This document shows positions 59,301 through 64,000 of a stretch of DNA of 64,000 nucleotides, one piece after another. Below the pieces are notes generated by a model. That model was not told the origin of the DNA and made no database searches. It saw nothing but the letters and a program-made list of their open reading frames with translations. The position numbers were made by a program, and so were the translations under genes. Origin of the DNA: an uncultured delta proteobacterium (GTDB taxonomy: Bacteria; Myxococcota; Myxococcia; Myxococcales; Myxococcaceae). Within the stretch, counting starts at the first letter, position 1. Every line of letters begins with the position of its first letter. The stretch is from the NCBI GenBank assembly GCA_963796055.1, contig CAWCKH010000005.1, positions 188,579 through 252,578 on the forward strand, read 5' to 3'.

Positions 59301-59346
59301 CTTCGAAGCCGGGGGTAGCAGGTTCGAGTCCTGCCGGAGTCGCTCG

Positions 59347-60270
59347 TCAGCTCATGAGCCCCAGCGCCGCGGCGATGGCCGCGACCGCGGTGTCGTGCAC
59401 CGGCGTGGGGACGCCCACCTGACGCCCCAGCCGGCTCACCGCGCCAGAGAGGACGTCGAGCTCGGTCGGACCGCCTCGCTCCACGTCCAGTAGGAAGCTG
59501 GGCTTCATCGGCGCGGGCATCGACCGCACCTGCTCCAGGACGCGCGTCACCTCGTCCGCAGCGAAGCCGATGCCCATCGCCCGCCCCACCGCCACCGACT
59601 CGGCCGTCGCTCGCTCGAGAAGCGTCTGACCCAGGGGCGCCCCGCGGACCGGACCGACCGGCGTGCGCGCCAGGCCACAGCAGCTGGACATGGTGGTGAT
59701 GAAGACGAACTTCCGCCAAAGCTCGAGCGCCATCTCGGCGCTTGCCCGGGCCTCGATGCCCGCGGCGGAGAGGACGCCGGCGATGTTCCGTGCGCGCTCG
59801 GAGAGGCCACCAGCGAGCTCGCCCAGCACCACCCGGTTGAAGGGACTGTTGCGGACGATCTGCCCCGGGCCGGTGCGCTCGGCGCTGATCGCCGCCAGCC
59901 CGCCCAGGATCGACTGCCGTGGAACCCCGAGCTGCTCGAGCCGGTCGGCCGCCTCCACGCCGTTGAGGAGCGGGAGCACGGTCGCGCCGTGCCGGGCAAG
60001 GTCGCCGGCGACGGGTCCGACGGCGTCCAGGTCGTAGCTCTTGACGGTCACCAGCGCGAGCTCGGCGCCACGCAGCGCCGCCGGGTCGTCGGTGGCGGTG
60101 ACCGGTGCGCGCCAGGTGCTCCCGTCGGGCTCGGTGATCCGGAGACCCTGGGAACGGATGGCCTCGAGGTGCTTGCCCCGGGCGAGCAGCTGGACCTCGT
60201 TGTTCGCCCTGGCCAGCACCCCGCCGTCGTAACCGCCCACTCCACCGGCGCCGAGAATCGCGATCCGCAT
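59347..60270 (-). CDS. panE: 2-dehydropantoate 2-reductase
   Basis: MRIAILGAGGVGG, VTVKSYD, LLNGV, WRKF, KPSFLLD...TELD. Confidence 0.88.
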   Translation of the reverse strand: MRIAILGAGGVGGYDGGVLARANNEVQLLARGKHLEAIRSQGLRITEPDGSTWRAPVTATDDPAALRGAELALVTVKSYDLDAVGPVAGDLARHGATVLPLLNGVEAADRLEQLGVPRQSILGGLAAISAERTGPGQIVRNSPFNRVVLGELAGGLSERARNIAGVLSAAGIEARASAEMALELWRKFVFITTMSSCCGLARTPVGPVRGAPLGQTLLERATAESVAVGRAMGIGFAADEVTRVLEQVRSMPAPMKPSFLLDVERGGPTELDVLSGAVSRLGRQVGVPTPVHDTAVAAIAAALGLMS

Positions 60271-60356
60271 GGGCGGTCAGCGTAACGACGCGCCGGGGCG
60301 CCTGCTCTACTCCATGGGACCCCACCGTGCTGTTGCGTCGCTGACGGCGGCCTTCG

Positions 60357-61058
60357 TCATCCCTGGTCCAGGAACCGGACCGCTCCGGTGGAGAGCTCCG
60401 CCACCGCACCCACGAGCCTCATCACTCCCTCGGCCTGTCTTGCCCGACCTTCCGGCGACTCGAGGATCTGCCGCATGGTCCACCGGACGTTCGCCTCGAC
60501 TCCAGCGCGGAGCTGCTCCTTCGCCGGGAGCGCGGGATCGACCCCGTCCAGGCCAGGAAGGATGCTCTGCAGAAGCACCTCGATCCGGCCCGGCTCGTGG
60601 GCACCGTGGAACTTTGCCGCCAGCGCTGCCTGCACGGCGCCGCACCCCTCGTGCCCGAGAACGAGGAAGAGCGGTGTCCGAAGATGCACTCCCGCGTACT
60701 GGAGGGTTCCTTCCACCTCGGGCGAGACGACGTTCCCGGCGAGGCGCACCACGAACAGCTCGCCGAACCCGGCGTCGAACAGGAGCTCCGGCGGCACCCG
60801 CGAGTCGCTGCATCCGAGGATGGTGACCTGGGGTTGCTGTTCCTTTGCCAGAGCCGCCAGAACCGTCCTGCACGTCCTGGGAAACCGGGCCTTCCCGTGC
60901 ACGAAGCGCGCATTGCCGGCACGAAGCCGCTCCAGGGCCTCACCGCCGGGGTCCGAGCTGTGGGAACGTTTCACGGGTATGGGCGAAGGTGAAAGGCTCC
61001 TCGCAGGGTCGCACCTGCACCATGAGACCAAGGTCCAGCTTGAGCGGCCCTTAGGCAT
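60357..61058 (-). CDS. Beta-class carbonic anhydrase
   Basis: AGNARF, GCSDSRV, RLAGN, GHEGCGAV; start uncertain. Confidence 0.92.
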   Translation of the reverse strand: MPKGRSSWTLVSWCRCDPARSLSPSPIPVKRSHSSDPGGEALERLRAGNARFVHGKARFPRTCRTVLAALAKEQQPQVTILGCSDSRVPPELLFDAGFGELFVVRLAGNVVSPEVEGTLQYAGVHLRTPLFLVLGHEGCGAVQAALAAKFHGAHEPGRIEVLLQSILPGLDGVDPALPAKEQLRAGVEANVRWTMRQILESPEGRARQAEGVMRLVGAVAELSTGAVRFLDQG

Positions 61059-61090
61059 CAGGGACTTCCAGGACCCAGACCTGCGCGCGA

Positions 61091-62608
61091 ATGAACACTC
61101 CCGGTGAAAACGGTCTCGCGCCCCGTCGGCTGGTCCGCCGCAGCTGGAGCTGGGCGATCCTTCCGGCGTTCCTCTGGACGGCGGGCGTGCACAGCCAGGG
61201 CGAGGGAGCAGCGCCTCCGGCCCCCCACCAGATCCCGCTTTCCAACGTGCCCTGGAAGGGCGACCTGGAAGCGATGCTCGACCGACGGGTCATCCGGGTG
61301 CTCGTCCCCTACAGCCGGACCCTCTTCTTCAGCGATCGGGGGCACGAACGCGGCATCACCGCCGATCTGGTCCGCGAGCTCGAGCGGTACCTGAACACGA
61401 AGCACAGCAAGCGTCTCGGGAAGCGACCGGTCACCGTCATCCTCGTTCCGACCACCCGGGACAAGCTGCTCTCCGGGATCGAGGAGGGCCTCGGCGACAT
61501 CGCGGCCGGCAACCTGACCATCACCGACAGTCGTCGCCAGCGCGTGGACTTCGTGCCCCTGACTGGACTTTCGACCGTGAAGGAGGTCGTGGTGGCCGGG
61601 CCGGCTGCACCTGCGCTGGAGCGGGTCGAGGACCTGTCCGGCCAGACGGTTCACGTGCGCGCCTCGAGCAGCTACGCCGAGAGCCTCGACGCGCTCAATG
61701 GTCGGCTCAAGGCAGCCGGGCGGGTGCCTATCGAGGTCGTGCACCTGCCCGACGCGCTCGAGGACGAGGACGTCCTGGAGATGCTGAACGCCGGCATTCT
61801 CGGGCTGACCGTGGTGGACGACTGGATGGCGCGGATCTGGGCCAGGGTGCTGCCGAAGATTCGCGTCCGTACCGACCTTTCGCTGCGTGACGAGGGGCAG
61901 ATCGGCTGGGCGATCCGCAAGGACAGTCCGCAGCTCGCCGCGGAGGTGGGGCGCTTCTTCACCGTCACTTCTCGCAACTGGGGCGGGTTCGGCTCGCGCG
62001 TCGCGAGCTTCGAGCGGCGAATCAAGCAGGTAACGAACAATACCCGCAGCCAGGAGGCGCGGCGCTTCGACCAGACCATCGACCTCTTCAAGAAGTACGG
62101 GGAGCGGTACAACTTCGACCCGCTGCTGCTCACCGCGCAAGGGTTCCAGGAGTCGAAGCTCCGCCAGGAGGTGAGGAGCGCCGCCGGCGCGGTCGGCGTG
62201 ATGCAGGTGCTGCCGTCCACTGCCGCCGATCTCAAGGTGGGAGACATCACCCAGCTCGAGCCGAACATCCACGCGGGTACGAAGTACATGAGCCAGCTGA
62301 TGACCCGGTACTTCCCGGACGCCTCGTTCGACGCGACGAACCGGCCGCTCTTCGCCTTCGCCAGCTACAACGCCGGGCCCGGCGCCATCGCCAAGCTGCG
62401 GCGCGAAGCGGAACGCCGGGGGCTCGACCCCGACCGGTGGTTCAACAACGTCGAGGTCGTGGTCGCGGAGAAGATCGGGATCGAGACCACCACCTACGTC
62501 CGGAACATCTACAAGTACTACGTCGCCTACAGCCTGCTGGTCTCCGCGCGGGAGGCCCAGCGAGCCGCACGGGAGAAGGCGACCCAGCCGGGGGCGGCGC
62601 CACCCTGA
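61091..62608 (+). CDS. MltF-like lytic transglycosylase (substrate-binding + SLT domains)
   Basis: DIAAGNLTIT, FQESKL, GAVGVMQV, ASYNAGPG, ETTTYV. Confidence 0.9.
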   Translation: MNTPGENGLAPRRLVRRSWSWAILPAFLWTAGVHSQGEGAAPPAPHQIPLSNVPWKGDLEAMLDRRVIRVLVPYSRTLFFSDRGHERGITADLVRELERYLNTKHSKRLGKRPVTVILVPTTRDKLLSGIEEGLGDIAAGNLTITDSRRQRVDFVPLTGLSTVKEVVVAGPAAPALERVEDLSGQTVHVRASSSYAESLDALNGRLKAAGRVPIEVVHLPDALEDEDVLEMLNAGILGLTVVDDWMARIWARVLPKIRVRTDLSLRDEGQIGWAIRKDSPQLAAEVGRFFTVTSRNWGGFGSRVASFERRIKQVTNNTRSQEARRFDQTIDLFKKYGERYNFDPLLLTAQGFQESKLRQEVRSAAGAVGVMQVLPSTAADLKVGDITQLEPNIHAGTKYMSQLMTRYFPDASFDATNRPLFAFASYNAGPGAIAKLRREAERRGLDPDRWFNNVEVVVAEKIGIETTTYVRNIYKYYVAYSLLVSAREAQRAAREKATQPGAAPP

Positions 62609-62625
62609 GGTGTCCGCCGAGGACC

Positions 62626-63951
62626 ATGACCGCCGACCCGGACAGCGCATCCGCCACGGACCGGAAGGCCCTGGAGCTCAACCTGGACCCGACCAGCTAC
62701 GGAACGTTCGCCGAGATCGGGGCCGGGCAGGAGGTCGCCAACTGGTTCCTGCGGGTGGGAGCGGCCTCGGGCACGGTGGCCCAGACCATCTGCGCGTACG
62801 ACAAGGGGTTCAGCGACGAGCGATACGGGCACGGAACACGCTACGTCTCGCGGGAGCGGCTGCTGGCGATGCTGGATCGGGAGTTCCAGCCCCTGGAAGA
62901 ACGCCTGCGGGCGGACCGCGGGCCCCAGGTGCGCTTCTTCGCCTTCGCGGACACCGTTGCGGCGCGAAACTTCAAGGGCGACAACGAACAGCATGGCTGG
63001 GTGGGGATTCGCTTCCAGCTGGAGAGCGGCGCGGCGCCCAACGACATGCTCTTGCACGTCGAGCTCCGGGACCGCGACGTTGCCCTGCAGCGGGAGGCGC
63101 TGGGGGTGCTGGGAGTCAACCTCGTTCATGCAGTCTTTCACCGGCCGCTCGAACCCGAGCCATTCCTCCGCGCGACGTTCGAGGATCTCTCCAGCGATCG
63201 TCTGGAGATCGACGTCATCGAGCTGCGGGGAGCCGCCTTTGCAGCCACCGACAGCCGTCTGTGGTGCCTCGAGGCGCTCCGCCAGGGCATCTGTCGCGGG
63301 ATCGTCTTCGACCGGGAAGGCCAGCCGGATCAGCCCTCCACGATCCTGCGCAAGCGCGCACTGGTCGCCGGCAACGAAGGGAGCGCATCGGCGATCGAGA
63401 ATCCTCTCGGGGTCATCTCCGCTGCCTTCGAGCAGATGAAGCAGGAGATGGGAAGCCTGGAGCGTGAGCCGATCACGGTGCTGGATCTCCGCCTCCGCGA
63501 GCTGAGCCATCTCTCGTCGAGCGGACCCTCGGCGGTGCTGGATCACCTGGGGCGAGCAACCGCTCGGTCCACGGTGGTGATCACCAACGAGGTGCTGCTC
63601 TATCCGGTGGTCGAGTACCTGCGGCGGTACTCTTCCGGCCCCTTCCGGCTGGTGGCCAGCGTCTCGGCATTTGCACGACTGATCTCGGAGAGCTACTCGG
63701 CGCTTCCGGGAACCCTGCTCGAGGGACTGGCCAAGCTCCTCCTCGAGGACGTGAAGCTGTACCTCTACCCGGTGCCGCTGCAGGTGTTTCTCCGGGAGCA
63801 GGAGCAGGATCGACTCGAACGCGTGACCGCTTCCGCGCAGAGTGGAATGGTCTCGGTCGATGACCTTCGCTGCGAGCCGCCACTCGATCATCTCCTCCGG
63901 TACCTCCGGGGGGCGGAGTGGATCGTCCCCCTGGAGCTGCCTCCGGCTTGA
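62626..63951 (+). CDS. Conserved protein, often annotated nicotinate/NMN adenylyltransferase-like
   Basis: KALELNLD..YGTFAEIGAGQEVA.WF..G.ASGTVA...AYD..FSD.RYG...RYVS.ERL signature; function not established. Confidence 0.65.
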   Translation: MTADPDSASATDRKALELNLDPTSYGTFAEIGAGQEVANWFLRVGAASGTVAQTICAYDKGFSDERYGHGTRYVSRERLLAMLDREFQPLEERLRADRGPQVRFFAFADTVAARNFKGDNEQHGWVGIRFQLESGAAPNDMLLHVELRDRDVALQREALGVLGVNLVHAVFHRPLEPEPFLRATFEDLSSDRLEIDVIELRGAAFAATDSRLWCLEALRQGICRGIVFDREGQPDQPSTILRKRALVAGNEGSASAIENPLGVISAAFEQMKQEMGSLEREPITVLDLRLRELSHLSSSGPSAVLDHLGRATARSTVVITNEVLLYPVVEYLRRYSSGPFRLVASVSAFARLISESYSALPGTLLEGLAKLLLEDVKLYLYPVPLQVFLREQEQDRLERVTASAQSGMVSVDDLRCEPPLDHLLRYLRGAEWIVPLELPPA

Positions 63952-64000
63952 TCCGCTTTTCCTTGGACTCTTCGCGGTGCGGGCGTGCTTGACTGAGCCC

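Larger units (their letters stand above)
40752..59344. mobile_element. Integrative element B (about 18.6 kb), integrated in the 3' half of tRNA-Arg
   Basis: 44-bp perfect direct repeat 40752-40795 / 59301-59344; int, xis and a small gene at the left end; 23-bp repeat at 40866 and 59166. Confidence 0.9.

Noticed and set aside
59301..59344. Second tRNA-Arg gene
   Set aside because: Only the 3' 44 nt are present; upstream sequence cannot form the D-arm or acceptor stem.

Overview
GC-rich myxobacterial-type (Myxococcota/Anaeromyxobacter-like) chromosome segment; the taxon is inferred from gene content. Bases 1-29000 and 59345-64000 are mostly ordinary genes: a porin, tRNA-Lys, hybrid kinases, an O2-sensing globin-coupled kinase/NtrC/Hsp20/UspA cluster with sigma-54 promoters, a NapH-NapG-Tat molybdoenzyme operon, panE, carbonic anhydrase and an MltF-like gene. 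Bases 29017-59344 form a composite island around one tRNA-Arg(TCG) gene (40720-40793). One element is integrated at its 5' end (24-bp repeat, 29017/40718) and another at its 3' half (44-bp repeat, 40752/59301). Each has a related tyrosine integrase pointing at the tRNA and split by the att site: excision would restore an 89-aa tail (TAG becomes TAC) on the left and a 110-aa tail with an HTH domain on the right. Inside the island are two near-identical IS66 copies flanked by 82-bp and 46-bp target repeats instead of the usual 8 bp, a DUF507-like/mini sigma-54 chimera, three tRNA-His 3' halves delimiting cargo modules, several IS91/ISCR-like ends, a duplicated hairpin-rich region before a replication-relaxation gene, and IS50-like and IS1182 elements. 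All family assignments come from motif recognition by eye; no database searches were run.
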